NCBI GenBank assembly: GCA_035297365.1
Contig: DATGZA010000011.1
Location: 32,001-96,000 of the forward strand
Direction: 5' to 3'
Length of the DNA: 64,000 nt
Origin: Nitrososphaeraceae archaeon
GTDB taxonomy: Archaea; Thermoproteota; Nitrososphaeria; Nitrososphaerales; Nitrososphaeraceae
Part shown: positions 31,670-43,399 of the stretch, in pieces
How the letters are laid out: every line of letters begins with the position of its first letter
How positions within the stretch are numbered: the first letter of the stretch is position 1
Notes under the pieces: generated by a model
Seen by the model: only the letters and a program-made list of their open reading frames with translations
The model's database searches: none
Told to the model about the DNA's origin: nothing
Translations under genes and position numbers: made by a program

Positions 31670-33628
31670 ATGAACAATTACAATAAAGTAAAAATAGATT
31701 TTTCTCTAAAGAGAGAAATATTTTTTGTAATAGTTGGCGCTATCGTAGGTGCAATTGTTTTTGTTATTCCTAAAGCAATTTTTGAAGTAGTAATGGGAAT
31801 GCCTTATTACTTATCATGGATCGTATTTGGACATGTCATTGGAGTATATTCATCAAATGTAATCGTAGCAGGTATAGGGATACATATGTTAACTGCTATT
31901 TCAATCGGAGTGGTGGTAGGCATCTTTTTGTATAAAACTGGAATATTAAATATTAGTAAGCCATCCAATGGAATAATATATGGAATCTTTGCCGGTACTA
32001 CAGTATTCATAATTTTCTTTATACCAGTGTATCAATTTGTTATTACTCCCCAAACAATAAACACAATCCATAAAATGACTCAAAATGAACAAGAAGAAAT
32101 CGAATATGAACTTTCGTCACAATTGCCAACTGTTTTGATAGGTTCTCTAGTTACCCACCTCATTTTTGGTATTACTGTAGGTCTTGTTTCTTCTAGCCTT
32201 TCTATAAAATTTGGTACTCGATATAGGTGTGCAAAGTGCGATATATCTTTCGGTAGAATTGATTCATATCAAAAACATGCTGAACTAATACATGGCACCA
32301 AACCAATAGAACTAAAAAGGATAGTGATTTTGGGTGGCGGATTTGCAGGAATAAAAATATTACAACAGTTACAAAAAGAATTTCAAGATAATATTGATGT
32401 AGATATAACTATTGTAAGTAGAGATAATTTCTTTCTCTTCACGCCTATGCTCCCAGAAGTAGCTGCAAGTGCAATAGAGACAAGACATATAATTACACCG
32501 ATCAGATCATTCTGCAAAAGAGCTAGGTTTTTTGAAGCATACGTAGATTCAATAAATCTACAAAAAAAACAGGTAAGCATCAGATATAATATAGGAAAAC
32601 AGTCCATTCCATTAAATGACAGAGTAAAAGTTCTAAAATATGATTATCTAGTTTTAGCACTTGGAGGAGAGACCAATTTTTTTGACATAGAAAGTGCATC
32701 TAAAAATGCATTTACCATAAAGACTATTGGTGATGCTTTGTTATTGCGAGATCATGTTATAAATATGCTAGAGCAAGCTGATATGGAATATGAAAATATA
32801 GAATTACAAAAAAGATTAATGACATTTGTAGTCGTAGGAGGCGGCTTTTCTGGTATAGAAACTGTTGGAGAATTAAATGATTTTGTTCGTGATTCTGTTA
32901 AACAGTATTATCACAACATTGATATCAAATATATTAAAATAATATTGATAAATTCTGGTTCACGAATTTTACCAGAAGTCTCAGATGATTTATCAGAATT
33001 TACTCTAAATAAACTCGAAAAAAATGGAGTTCAAATTATCTTAAATAAAAGAGTTAAAGAAATAGATGAGAATTATGTATTATTAAACGATGAAGAGAGA
33101 ATATGGAGTAATACAGTAATTTGGGCGGGAGGAGTTAAACCGAATATCATTATAAGCAGTTTAAATTGCGAACATGATAAATCAGGAAAAATAATTACTA
33201 ACGAAAACCTAAAAGTAAATGGATATACGAGTATTTTTGCACTAGGAGATTGTGCTTTTATAATCGACCCTAATACTGGAAAACCATATCCACCTACAGC
33301 TCAGCATGCATTAAGGGCAGCTAAAATAGCATCTAACAACATAATTAATGAGATATACTCAAAGAAAAACAAGAAGAAAGAAGAATTAGTTTTTAACTAC
33401 AAAACTAAAGGTATGATGGCTCTTATAGGAAAAAGAAATGGTGTAGGTTTAGTATTTGGACACAAAATTCAAGGGTTTATTGGATGGCTATTCTGGAGGT
33501 TATATTACTGGGAAAATCTTCCAACTACCGAAAGAAAATTGAGAGTGATGTTGGACTGGTTTATAGATCTATTCTTCAAAAGAGACATAACGAGAATAAA
33601 AACTCGGACAGAACATGCAGAAAAATAA
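31670..33628 (+). CDS. Type II NADH dehydrogenase-like flavoprotein with N-terminal membrane domain and C2H2 zinc finger
   Basis: ILGGGFAG, FTPMLPEVA, VVGGGFSGIETVGE, FALGDCA, PPTAQHA; N-terminal TM helices; CAKC-x12-HAELIH. Confidence 0.9.
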   Translation: MNNYNKVKIDFSLKREIFFVIVGAIVGAIVFVIPKAIFEVVMGMPYYLSWIVFGHVIGVYSSNVIVAGIGIHMLTAISIGVVVGIFLYKTGILNISKPSNGIIYGIFAGTTVFIIFFIPVYQFVITPQTINTIHKMTQNEQEEIEYELSSQLPTVLIGSLVTHLIFGITVGLVSSSLSIKFGTRYRCAKCDISFGRIDSYQKHAELIHGTKPIELKRIVILGGGFAGIKILQQLQKEFQDNIDVDITIVSRDNFFLFTPMLPEVAASAIETRHIITPIRSFCKRARFFEAYVDSINLQKKQVSIRYNIGKQSIPLNDRVKVLKYDYLVLALGGETNFFDIESASKNAFTIKTIGDALLLRDHVINMLEQADMEYENIELQKRLMTFVVVGGGFSGIETVGELNDFVRDSVKQYYHNIDIKYIKIILINSGSRILPEVSDDLSEFTLNKLEKNGVQIILNKRVKEIDENYVLLNDEERIWSNTVIWAGGVKPNIIISSLNCEHDKSGKIITNENLKVNGYTSIFALGDCAFIIDPNTGKPYPPTAQHALRAAKIASNNIINEIYSKKNKKKEELVFNYKTKGMMALIGKRNGVGLVFGHKIQGFIGWLFWRLYYWENLPTTERKLRVMLDWFIDLFFKRDITRIKTRTEHAEK

Positions 33629-33635
33629 TTTGCAA

Positions 33636-33857
33636 GAATGGAAAGACGGCTTAAGCGACGGTGCGATGAATAGTAAAATCAGTATTTCATGTATCAAAAG
33701 AATGTTTGGAGAATATGTTACTGTTATCAGATTTGAGAACATGATAAAGGACATTATACTAAAAGTATAATTGTACAACTTGCCTCAAAATATAACTGTT
33801 ACTTATTACTAGTTGGATATATATAAATAACGATTATCTGAGTTATGCAACAAAGCA
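33636..33857 (+). mobile_element. IS5-family (IS903-like) right-end remnant
   Basis: VFSCIKRMFGEYVTVIRFENMIK-like coding scrap ending in gttatgcaacaaagca, whose reverse complement resembles IS903-type GGCTTTGTTG IRs. Confidence 0.6.
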
Positions 33858-34089
33858 TAAATAATCTAAACTCTATCCAAGTTTTTTTTAAGAATGATTC
33901 AAAACAGAAAAGCTAAATATATTGAGTATAACATAAACATATGACAGAATCTGTCGTCTGTCGAACCGAGCGTGCAAATCCAGTCTAGACATCTTCCATT
34001 TTACGTGAGACATTATTAGTATACAAAAATTTCTTAACTCTGTAGTATCTTTCTAAGGATCATCATTTATACCAATAAAAAATGTTACT

Positions 34090-34147
34090 GAACCCTGTTA
34101 ATATAAGGGCTTAGAGGATAGTCAACTGTTTTTGACGCAATTTTGTA
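34090..34147 (+). repeat. Dispersed bipartite element, copy S6
   Basis: gaaccctgttaatataagggcttagaggatagtcaactgtttttgacgcaattttgta. Confidence 0.92.
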
Positions 34148-34452
34148 GCCAGAAAAAGAGATATTGTGAATTGATAATCAGATGTAAAAGCAATTAAATG
34201 TAATTGTTCCTCAATTTATGATATAATTTCTATCATTATTCTTATATTATTATTGACATCTTTACGTCCATAATCTGAAAATCCTCCTAAAATTGGACAT
34301 AATCCGAAAGTTCTTTTATGGATGTTTAAATTTATAACTTAGCACCATAATAATAGTCTTATATCTGTATATTTTTACATCTTTTTCTGTGTCTTTTTTT
34401 GAGTAGATAAATATAATTATTGAAGTTGGGAATAAATGGTGAATAAGAAGAA

Positions 34453-34644
34453 ATGAGCGGCCAATATAGGGACTGCCTTTATCATATCACAATATATGCA
34501 GAGAGAGAAGGAACCCAGGACATACACTGTCAGACAGAAGCAACCAGAAATATATCATGTTGGACGGATTTAACAACTGTTAATTTCTGTGAATTCCATT
34601 ATCAATTAGTTTCTAGATTGATGGATGCTGAGGACAAAAAATGA
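34453..34644 (+). CDS. Small Cys-rich hypothetical protein
   Basis: 63-aa ORF with four Cys. Confidence 0.5.
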   Translation: MSGQYRDCLYHITIYAEREGTQDIHCQTEATRNISCWTDLTTVNFCEFHYQLVSRLMDAEDKK

Positions 34645-34677
34645 TGAAGCAACAGAGATATCAAAGTAGTAACGGAT

Positions 34678-34899
34678 ATGTTTGTACAGTGTGAAAATAA
34701 GCAGTGTAAGAAATGGGTTAGATTATCCGCAGTAGATCCAGAAGATGGAATGAGAACAATTCCATTACTTTGTTTCACTAATTATAAAGGGAAAGGTGAA
34801 GATTTTTGTCTTATTGTAGTATCCTCTGACAAATTGGGTTGTCACCAATACACTCTACCTTCACATTGGGTATCGATCCAGAATCTATTCCATTATTAG
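34678..34899 (+). CDS. Small Cys-rich hypothetical protein (3' end overlaps opposite-strand gene)
   Basis: FVQCENKQCKKWVRL. Confidence 0.4.
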   Translation: MFVQCENKQCKKWVRLSAVDPEDGMRTIPLLCFTNYKGKGEDFCLIVVSSDKLGCHQYTLPSHWVSIQNLFHY

Positions 34900-35664
34900 A
34901 TATTGATGTTGGGTCGAAATCTCTATCAACTATTATTCCTTTTTCCAACTGACATTCAATTAATGCATCAATCTCAGATTCGAAACCTGATCCTAAAATG
35001 GAAGAAAGGACAAGACGTAAGAAGTCATCGGATAGAATAACACCTGTTTCTTCTTCTGAATTTTGAATTATAGCACATAATTGTTCTATAGTATCCGTGG
35101 CAAATGTGATTACAAAAACCTCCTCCTCGCCTGGTGTAGTAATGGGTGGACCAATGGCGATAAAAGCAAAATCACCAAAATCTAAGATAGCAAGTAATTC
35201 TTCAATTGCTGCTTTGAGTTCAGGGTGTTCAGCAAAACATTCTTCACATCCTAGGTCTTCCTCTTCTTCTGGCGGTGGAGTAATTTTTACCTGTTCGTTG
35301 TCATTCACATTTGCGCATACGTTTAAAGGTTTCTATCAAAGTTTATTCTGTCTGCAAGTCCGTTACCGTTTTGAGTATTTGCTCCTTCCTGACCTCCTTC
35401 ATTTGTTGCTGCAGTAGCAGCACCGTCTTGAGGTATTTGGGTAATATCTATTCCATTGACATTTATGTTACTGTTTACACACTTTATTTTTTGGATATCT
35501 GTATAACTCTTTTTTTGATGGTTATTATCATATCCGTACTGGTCTCCGTACATTTGTGCAGTTGCATTTGTAATTGTTGATGGGTTCAAAGCCAGTATAC
35601 TTGTCGCTAGTATTGCTCCCAGTATAGAAGCAAAAACTATCATTCTGCTGTTGCTATTGCTCAT
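34811..35664 (-). pseudogene. KIKCVNSN-family secreted protein with acidic CEEC domain, single frameshift
   Basis: ATG at 35664; module runs to DRINFDRNL, then a 1-nt loss near 35325 shifts into VCANVNDNEQVKITPPP...CEECF. Confidence 0.8.
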
Positions 35665-35891
35665 TACATTGTTAAATACGATTTTAATATATCTAAGGTT
35701 GGAAGGAACATTATCTATCTTGTAATATTTTATCATGCTGAATTATTGACTATAAGAAGAATAGCAACTAATCTTTAAGTAAATATAATATGAAATATTT
35801 CAATAATCTCAAGAATTGTAGTTTTGTTAGTTAATTAATTAATTAATTACTAAGAAAAGGTACAACAACCAAAAAAACGAATGAAAAAAAT

Positions 35892-36455
35892 TTATGGCGG
35901 TGGCAGTATTATTAAGCCTAATTCTGCTAGACAATTGACTATTGATTCTTTTTGCTTGTCTGTTATATTCGGTATCCCACCAAGTAGGAGTCCAAGAGAA
36001 AGGTTTTCCGCGCTTCCATTTGGTGTCTCAGCGAAAAAATCACACAATTCATCGATTGAATCAAAGTCGGTGATCTCTAACGCAGTGGCAATTTGTGCTC
36101 TATTTAGAACTGAAAACAAACAGTCCTCACAAGTTAGTTGGTCAGGACCGTTTATCTGTTCATTGTCATTAACATTTACACAGATATTTACTAGGTTTCT
36201 ATCGAAGTTTATTCTATCTGCAAGTCCATTGCCGTTCTCTGTATTCGGTTCTTCATTTGCTGCTGCTACTGCTGCAGTATTGTCTTGTGGCACTTGTGTG
36301 ATATCTACACCATTGATATTTATGTTACTGTTCACACATTTTATTTTCTGTATTTCCGCCTTTGCATTTCCTATCATCATTAATGGGTTTAAAACCAATA
36401 GACCTGTCGCAACTATCACTGCGATAGAAGCCAGAACTATCTTTTTACTGGTCAT
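35892..36455 (-). CDS. KIKCVNSN-family secreted protein with CEDC domain
   Basis: Signal peptide + module + TCEDCLF...IDELC...VNCLAELG. Confidence 0.85.
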   Translation of the reverse strand: MTSKKIVLASIAVIVATGLLVLNPLMMIGNAKAEIQKIKCVNSNININGVDITQVPQDNTAAVAAANEEPNTENGNGLADRINFDRNLVNICVNVNDNEQINGPDQLTCEDCLFSVLNRAQIATALEITDFDSIDELCDFFAETPNGSAENLSLGLLLGGIPNITDKQKESIVNCLAELGLIILPPP

Positions 36456-36705
36456 TACATTGTTAAATGCGAATTTAATATATCTATAGTTAGTAGGAAC
36501 ATTATCTAATGTTCTAATATTCTATCATTCTGAATTATTGACAATAAGAAGAATAGCAATTGATCTACAATTACAATATGAGGTATTGTAATAATATTAT
36601 GTGTTGGATTATAGTTAGTTAATTAGTTAATATATTCAAAATAAAAATAATGGTTATATCACTTGTTGGTATATTATGAAGTCACTGAAGGAAAGAGGGA
36701 CGAGG

Positions 36706-37011
36706 TTAAGAAAAGGTTTGAATTTGTCCACTTTTGAAATTACTATCGATAGAGACCCAGAGAGGTTTTTCATATCTTAATATATTTATAATATCATTAA
36801 ATCTATCTATATGATAAAAAATGTCAAATGTTCCGTCTTCATTTATGATATTCTTAGGAAGAGGTGAATCATCTACAAATCTAAGTGCCCCGAGGTTGTT
36901 GTTGTCCTTATCGGAGAGATGTATATATGCTGACATTTTAGGTACATCCTGGAAATTATCACTGTTATATGCTATTCGATATGAATCAATCTGTTTTGAA
37001 ATGAAAGACAT
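36706..37011 (-). CDS. Hypothetical protein
   Basis: 101-aa ORF, ...FNDIINILRYEKPLW. Confidence 0.65.
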   Translation of the reverse strand: MSFISKQIDSYRIAYNSDNFQDVPKMSAYIHLSDKDNNNLGALRFVDDSPLPKNIINEDGTFDIFYHIDRFNDIINILRYEKPLWVSIDSNFKSGQIQTFS

Positions 37012-37076
37012 GACAGTCTAACGATTTTATTGTTATTATAACCTTTACATTATACTATTTATTTTATAGGATAGTT

Positions 37077-37619
37077 ATGTCAAAAGAAGAAATAGCAAAA
37101 TCAATAATTTCTCAAGAGATATGTCAAATAGATTCTGATACGTCTAAAATCAAAGAAAATGGATGTGCAGCATGTCATGTGCTATTTACCTTAGTTGATA
37201 AAATGCAGATAAGTGAACAAGATGCGTCAGAATTGCTATCAGAGATTTTAACCAATGAATCAAATCTAAATGATCAATTTATTGAAATGATCGAAACTAT
37301 TCATATGAAACAAAGAATGATTGGTGTAACATTTTCAATAAAAACCAGAGAAGCTAAAGATCGGTATATAGACTTAAATCTAAAAAATTTTTTGGAAGAA
37401 CTATCAACTGATTTGGTAAATTATGGTAGTGATATAATATTACATAAATTACTTTTATCATCAATTTCATTACAAATAGCACAAAATATAGGAATAGACC
37501 ACCATTCAGCAACTGAAGAACTTTATTATTATATTCGTAAAAATGAACAGAATACAAATCAAAACATAACACAGTTCATTGACAAATTTTATGAAAGAAT
37601 CATAAAAAGTAACAAATAA
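37077..37619 (+). CDS. Hypothetical protein
   Basis: 180-aa ORF, C...GCAACH motif. Confidence 0.8.
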   Translation: MSKEEIAKSIISQEICQIDSDTSKIKENGCAACHVLFTLVDKMQISEQDASELLSEILTNESNLNDQFIEMIETIHMKQRMIGVTFSIKTREAKDRYIDLNLKNFLEELSTDLVNYGSDIILHKLLLSSISLQIAQNIGIDHHSATEELYYYIRKNEQNTNQNITQFIDKFYERIIKSNK

Positions 37620-37901
37620 GATATTAGCAGTATGTATAATGTTAAAATTTTTGATTTGAAAATTATTTAGTTTAATCAAGATCTGAAGGCTTCGACTATG
37701 ACATGTAATACGGATCAATACTCTCGTATTTAGTCATTTAGTAACTTATTTGAAATCTTTACCATATAATTCTGAGAGAATTTTGAAATAAAGATAAAGG
37801 GAATCAGTGGGATTTGAACGCTTCTATAAAGTGGGACCAGTTCCTTTTTGAATAAATTACTATTATCTATCCTATACTTTTGAATTTTTATTTCAAAATT
37901 T

Positions 37902-38060
37902 TTAGTTTACTAGGTCATCTATAGAAATTGGAGGATACTTTTCATCTAGATCTTTAACTATTTTAGTCTTTTCTAGATTGGTAGCATCATCAGCAATACG
38001 TTTGATTGCTACAGTTGCTTCATGCATTTCTTTAGTTCCTTGAGATATTTCATCGGTCAT
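37902..38060 (-). CDS. Small hypothetical protein (52 aa)
   Basis: MTDEISQGTKEMHEATVAIKRIADDATNLEKTKIVKDLDEKYPPISIDDLVN; below ORF-track cutoff. Confidence 0.45.
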   Translation of the reverse strand: MTDEISQGTKEMHEATVAIKRIADDATNLEKTKIVKDLDEKYPPISIDDLVN

Positions 38061-38251
38061 GCCTGCAGTATTTTTATAATGTGTATAAAATACTATAAAG
38101 ATATTGGTTGTTGTTCTCTTTGTATTTTTACTCCATGAATGATATAGGTAACATATATTATAAACAGTATAATTTAAGACAATAAATATATATTTTTACA
38201 TTTTTATTATAAATACAAACATCTAAAAATATTATATATCTATATGTATTA

Positions 38252-38869
38252 TTATCTTATTTTATTACCTAATTCTTCAATAAAAGCAATTTCTGATAAT
38301 GGTTTTCTTTCTCTAGGGGAATTAGCTTTTTCTCTATATCTTTCTGGTAATATTTCGTGAGAATCTTGATATCCAATTGCTATCATTATACCAATTTCAT
38401 ATTCATCGGGGATGTTGAAAACTTTCCCCGCTTTGTCTCTATCAAATCCACCCATTTCATGCATAATTAATCCTTGATTGAATGATTCAAGAAACATATT
38501 TTCATTGGCTGCACCTAAATCGTGAAAGTGAAGTCTATTATAAATTCCATTATCAGAATAAGTTTTTTTTGTTATTGCACAAATTAAAATTGGAGCTCGT
38601 TTAGCATAATTGTTTATTTCTAATAATACTGATCTTGCTTTATCAAGCTTCTCTGGCTTATCATCAGTAAAAACTATGTAACGCCATGGTTGTTCATTAC
38701 GCGACGATGGTGCCCATCTAGCGGCTTCGAGAATAGAAAGTAATTTTGATTTTTCTACTTTTTTAGTTGAAAATGCTCTTGCACTCCATCGTCTTGCAAT
38801 TAACTTATGTATTGGAAAATCTGTATTTGCTATTTTTGTTATCAAATTATTATTATTTTTATCGCTCAC
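38252..38869 (-). CDS. Nitroreductase family protein
   Basis: RRWSARAF, AARWAPSSRNEQPWRY, HEMGGFD, AIGY...RERKPL. Confidence 0.93.
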   Translation of the reverse strand: MSDKNNNNLITKIANTDFPIHKLIARRWSARAFSTKKVEKSKLLSILEAARWAPSSRNEQPWRYIVFTDDKPEKLDKARSVLLEINNYAKRAPILICAITKKTYSDNGIYNRLHFHDLGAANENMFLESFNQGLIMHEMGGFDRDKAGKVFNIPDEYEIGIMIAIGYQDSHEILPERYREKANSPRERKPLSEIAFIEELGNKIR

Positions 38870-38954
38870 AAAAAATCACCGATTTCTCTTACTTTTTTTC
38901 TTATCCTTTGCATTTATATTCTATCCATTTTACTCTTGCAAAATAGATGTATGT

Positions 38955-39012
38955 GAACCCCTATATAACACGGGCTCGGAGAATAATCAACTGTTTTTGA
39001 CGCAATTTTGTA
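38955..39012 (+). repeat. Dispersed bipartite element, copy S7
   Basis: gaacccctatataacacgggctcggagaataatcaactgtttttgacgcaattttgta. Confidence 0.92.
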
Positions 39013-39177
39013 GTTCTGATCAGGAATTAATTACCTTACACTCTTATTATATTTTACATATATCTTATTTTATTTATAAAAATGAATTCAAATGAGACTA
39101 AAGTTTTCATTATTTTGATTTTTCAAATTTTTTTATAATATCTATCTGGTATAACAATCATATTATCAAAAGGGTAA

Positions 39178-39633
39178 CTAATGCCTTGAAGTCAATAACT
39201 TCTCTTTGTTATCTGCTTTAGCAAATGCATACAATGCATCATATACCGGAAATTGTTTTGCCATATTATCATAATCATCCTTTGATATAACATTAAAACC
39301 AGCAGCTATTGCAGCAAGTCCTGCTGACTGTGGTGTTAATTGTCTTTTTTCTGTGTCTGCACCTCTTACAATCTCTGCTAAGGTTAGTAGTTCTGGATTC
39401 TTTTGGTCAAGTTCATACTTTCTTATAATGGCATCAAATGAACATTCATCGCCATGATGACCCAATTCAACGTTCGGAACATCAAATGGAATAGCATCTT
39501 CATTTCTCATTATTTCAAGTACATTATGTGAAGGTACAAACAGAAATTTGGCTTCCTTATCTACAAAATTCCTTATCAGCCAAGGACATGCAATTCTGTC
39601 TACTTTAGCATGTTCTCTTGTTATCCATTTCAT
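39178..39633 (-). CDS. Chromate resistance ChrB-domain protein
   Basis: MKWITRE..KVDRIACPWLIRNFVD, PFD, HHGDECSFD, IVRGADT, YDALY. Confidence 0.9.
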   Translation of the reverse strand: MKWITREHAKVDRIACPWLIRNFVDKEAKFLFVPSHNVLEIMRNEDAIPFDVPNVELGHHGDECSFDAIIRKYELDQKNPELLTLAEIVRGADTEKRQLTPQSAGLAAIAAGFNVISKDDYDNMAKQFPVYDALYAFAKADNKEKLLTSRH

Positions 39634-40022
39634 AAATGGTTTTTAATGAAATAATAGTATTTGAATCAATTTCTTTAGTAAATGTATTACTATAGTGCAA
39701 AAATGTATAGAGCATTAACCTATTAACCATATGGAACTGTATTTTAAGTTGTTAAACAGTAAATTTTAAATATATAAAGTATTTTTTATGAATCCCTGCT
39801 GTAGCTAAATCAATTAAGTGTATAGTTTGTGTACATGAGATAACTTCTATAATATATCAATCATAGTTTATTACATGATTTAGTCCACAATCAAGTTGCT
39901 AAATAATTTTCTATCTATGTTACTATCACTTCTTTAGAACGTTAATTCTGAATGTTCAAATACTAAAATTGCAATCATAATTGTTCCAATCTCAAAAATA
40001 TTTTAATCATATCTAACTGTAT

Positions 40023-41411
40023 ATGACTAACCAAAGATTACTTTTGGTTTCTATATTGACATTATTAGTAGCTGCAGGTCTATTGGTCTTAAGTCCTTCA
40101 ATGATAATATGAAATGCACAAGGACAAATGTACAACTACGACTACCAAAACGATCACTATAAAGTTTATCCAGATCCAAAAAAAGAGTTCTGATGCAAAC
40201 ATCCAGAAAATTAATGTATCAATACCAACATCAATGTAAATGGAATAGATATTACTGAGACTCCTAAACACAGTACTGCTCTAGCAACAGCAAATGAACG
40301 AGGTGCTGAAGGAACAGCAGAAACAGCAAATACTCAAAACGGTAATGGCCTTGCCGATAGAATAAACTTGGACAAGAATGTTGTAAACATATGTGTAAAT
40401 GTTAATTTTAACGAACAGGTACAAGAAAATCCTCTTACTTTGATGACTTGGAATATCTATCAGGGTGCAGATCTGTCACCAATATTTGCTGCTACTACCC
40501 CCAATGAATTTTTTAAGGCTGTCGGTGCTGCTTATAATAGAGTCCAAGCAACCAATTTTGTGGAAAGGCCGGATTCAATTGCAGACGAGATCCAGGAAAG
40601 TCAACCTGATCTGATAGGTCTTCAAGAAGTGATATTACTTAGGACACAAATTCCTTTTGACGGTCCTACGACACCTGCAACTACGATTTCATTTGATTAT
40701 CTTAAAATTCCTATAGACTCACTAGCTGAACATGGATTAATTTATGAACCGATTGTTGTTCAGACAGGTACTAATATTGAAGTTCCAGGCTTGACATCTA
40801 CAGGCCTTGTGAATATAAGACTCACTGACAGGGATGTAATATTGGCCCGAGCAGACAAAGATTTTACATTATCAAATATCCATCGAGAGCAGTTTGATGT
40901 GAAACTACCATTAACAACTCTATTTGGATCTATTAGTATACCACACTCATGGGTTTCAGTGGATGTAACGTTTGATAAAGGAGATAAAGGCCGTATCGTC
41001 TCTACTCATCTAAAGCCCCTGTCTCCTATTATTCAGGGATTACAAGCAGATGAGTTGTTAAATGGGCCTGCTAATACAGATTTACCTGTTGTGTTGATAG
41101 GCGATTTCAATTCAAATGCTTATGGAACTGGGACACAAACATACACAAAACTAAAAGATGCAGATTTTATTGATGCGTGGACTATAAAGGGAAAAGGCAC
41201 TAGTTTTACTTGTTGCCAGGCTTATGATTTGCTAAACCAGGATTCTTCCCTAACTGATAGAATAGATTTGGTGATGTTCCGAGGCAATTTTGATGTAAAA
41301 GATATAGAAATTACTGGGAATTCGCAAAATGATCGTACAATATCTGGTCTTTGGCCATCGGACCATGCAGGACTTGTGACTAATCTAATACTGAATAGTG
41401 ATAAACATTAA
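40023..41411 (+). pseudogene. KIKCVNSN-module / endonuclease-exonuclease-phosphatase (EEP) fusion; N-terminus disrupted, EEP part (40368-41411) intact
   Basis: ATG 40023 MTNQRLLLVSI... with in-frame TGA and two frameshifts; then MTWNIY, GLQEV, STHL, IGDFNS, RID, PSDHAG. Confidence 0.8.
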
Positions 41412-41809
41412 CAATCTCAGCAGTGTTGAGAGATTATAATTGTAATAAGATTCAATACTATAAATTTGTAGATTGCAGATAAAGACAAAGACAATAATAA
41501 TATAATATAGTCAGAAATAGGAACAAACAAAATAACATTCTAAGAATATTGCAATTACTATTTCTTTAATAAATTCAATTTAACTATTTTACACTTTGCA
41601 GAATTATTACTAATATTTGATTTGCATTTACTAGAATTATTCACATATAGTTAGATCTTTCGTAAAATTAACAAGACCCTAATTTTTCATGGGCACATAT
41701 AATTTTCTAATTATCATGAACAATATTTTAGCTGTATTTGTAAGATGTTTATAGCATGTAGAAGAATTTAAAAAATACTATAATAAAGAATTAAAAAATT
41801 GAGTTGAAG

Positions 41810-42352
41810 TTATTTATTTAGTTTCCATATCTTGGTTATTGAATTTCCATTTTGATCTATTTCATCTGCATATATCCCAACTATATTATTTAGTATAGAT
41901 AATACTCCAGTATTAGTAGTATCAAAATTCACCGATCCCAAGTTTCTTAATTTTCCATCATCATCACGCTTTCCAATCCCACTAAAAGTATATTTTGCTA
42001 CCTTATTATCCAACGTTATAAGTATCCCGTGACCTTTTGTGTACTTATAGCCATCATCCTTTAAAGTAGACCAAGCAGTTCCAAAATCCATTATAGGAAT
42101 ATTCCCATTTAGTGTACCATTACCTGACCAAGATACTTCTAGTTCTGGTTTGTCCATATTGGTTAATCTCATTCCTGCACCTTGTCCTTTCAATACTAAT
42201 AGTAATTCACCTATATTTACAGAAAGATCTTTAGTGGTAGTTGTATTTGTCATGTTGTTCATATTAGTTTGCATTTGTGCATTAATCATACTTGATGTTG
42301 TCAAAAAAAATATCGACATAACCAGTATTCCAAAAGTTAATAGATATTTCAT
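41810..42352 (-). CDS. Secreted hypothetical protein
   Basis: Signal peptide plus beta-rich domain. Confidence 0.8.
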   Translation of the reverse strand: MKYLLTFGILVMSIFFLTTSSMINAQMQTNMNNMTNTTTTKDLSVNIGELLLVLKGQGAGMRLTNMDKPELEVSWSGNGTLNGNIPIMDFGTAWSTLKDDGYKYTKGHGILITLDNKVAKYTFSGIGKRDDDGKLRNLGSVNFDTTNTGVLSILNNIVGIYADEIDQNGNSITKIWKLNK

Positions 42353-42502
42353 ATCTAATTATTTATATATAAAATTCTAGACTAAAAATATTTGTTAAAT
42401 TTAATAAATGAAAAATTAGTAAAATCAAAAAATATTAGAGTTTAACTTTACTTTGCTAGTTTCTTCTACCTTTTTCAGAACAGTTTCAAGTTTCTGTGAC
42501 AT

Positions 42503-42788
42503 TTAGATATCTTTTATTTTCCATGCATAATTAAAGTTATTTTGCACAATATCGTTGTAATATCTTTGTGTCAGTTCTATTGATCTATTGCAATTTTCTG
42601 TAACGCGTGCAATAAGTCTATTTATGAAATTTGTTAAATTACCTGTATAATCTTGTATTTTTTTTATCTATTGTATTATGTGTTTCCTGATATCTTTCTG
42701 GAATATTGAAAATTTTCCATGAATTATTGATTGATGTCGGGTCCAATTTTTTCTTTATATTATGGTATGATTGAATATTTTTTTCCAT
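42503..42788 (-). pseudogene. Degraded paralog of 17745-18302
   Basis: WKIFNIPERYQETHNT...FIN...SIELTQRYYND...FNY vs WQNFKIPERYSETYNT...SLELTQRYYND...FNY. Confidence 0.7.
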
Positions 42789-43063
42789 ATAGTTGCAAAT
42801 AAAATATAAGATTCAATACCTATCCTCCATTTTCGTTACTAAATATTTTTATCTAAAATAGTTATATGATGTTGAATCATTTTATAATTTGGTTGTGATT
42901 CTTCTGAAATTTTATTGATATTTAAGGGATTTTTTATCAGAAGATCTAATACAATTGTTGCCTCCTCTAGCCTCTGCAAAAAGAAACCATAACAATCGAA
43001 TTATATCGGGATCAGGTATTGAGCATCAACAACAGTAGATAAGAATTACTTAAAAAGTTATTT

Positions 43064-43399
43064 TTAAACTACTCTTACTTCTTTTCCTTCTTTTATCATA
43101 TTGCCGACGCTTACATCACCAGGACCACTACTTGATACTGTGTTTGATTTGATTAATTTCTCTTTAACCTGAAAAAAGTCGGTACAAAAAATACACACTA
43201 TTTTCAGGATCCCTTTTTCAATAACTTCATTATATAATGGTTTTATAAATTCGTGTATTTCACTATCTACAATTTTAGCTCCTTCTCCATCCAAAATAAG
43301 TTCAGATTCTATTCCATTTATATCCAAATCCAATACATATTCATATGCATGTAATGTTCTTGCAATGTCAGATGGTTGTGCTAATGCAACAACTACCAC
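43064..43399 (-). CDS. DsrE-like small protein
   Basis: LILDGEGAK...VCIFC motif; start uncertain. Confidence 0.65.
   Translation of the reverse strand: MVVVALAQPSDIARTLHAYEYVLDLDINGIESELILDGEGAKIVDSEIHEFIKPLYNEVIEKGILKIVCIFCTDFFQVKEKLIKSNTVSSSGPGDVSVGNMIKEGKEVRVV

Noticed and set aside
35097-36489. + strand ORFs opposite KIKCVNSN genes (also 7825-8169, 57727-57987)
   Set aside because: Antisense shadows of the family genes
37077-37619. CAACH as a c-type heme motif
   Set aside because: No signal peptide or TM segment; more likely a cytoplasmic metal site
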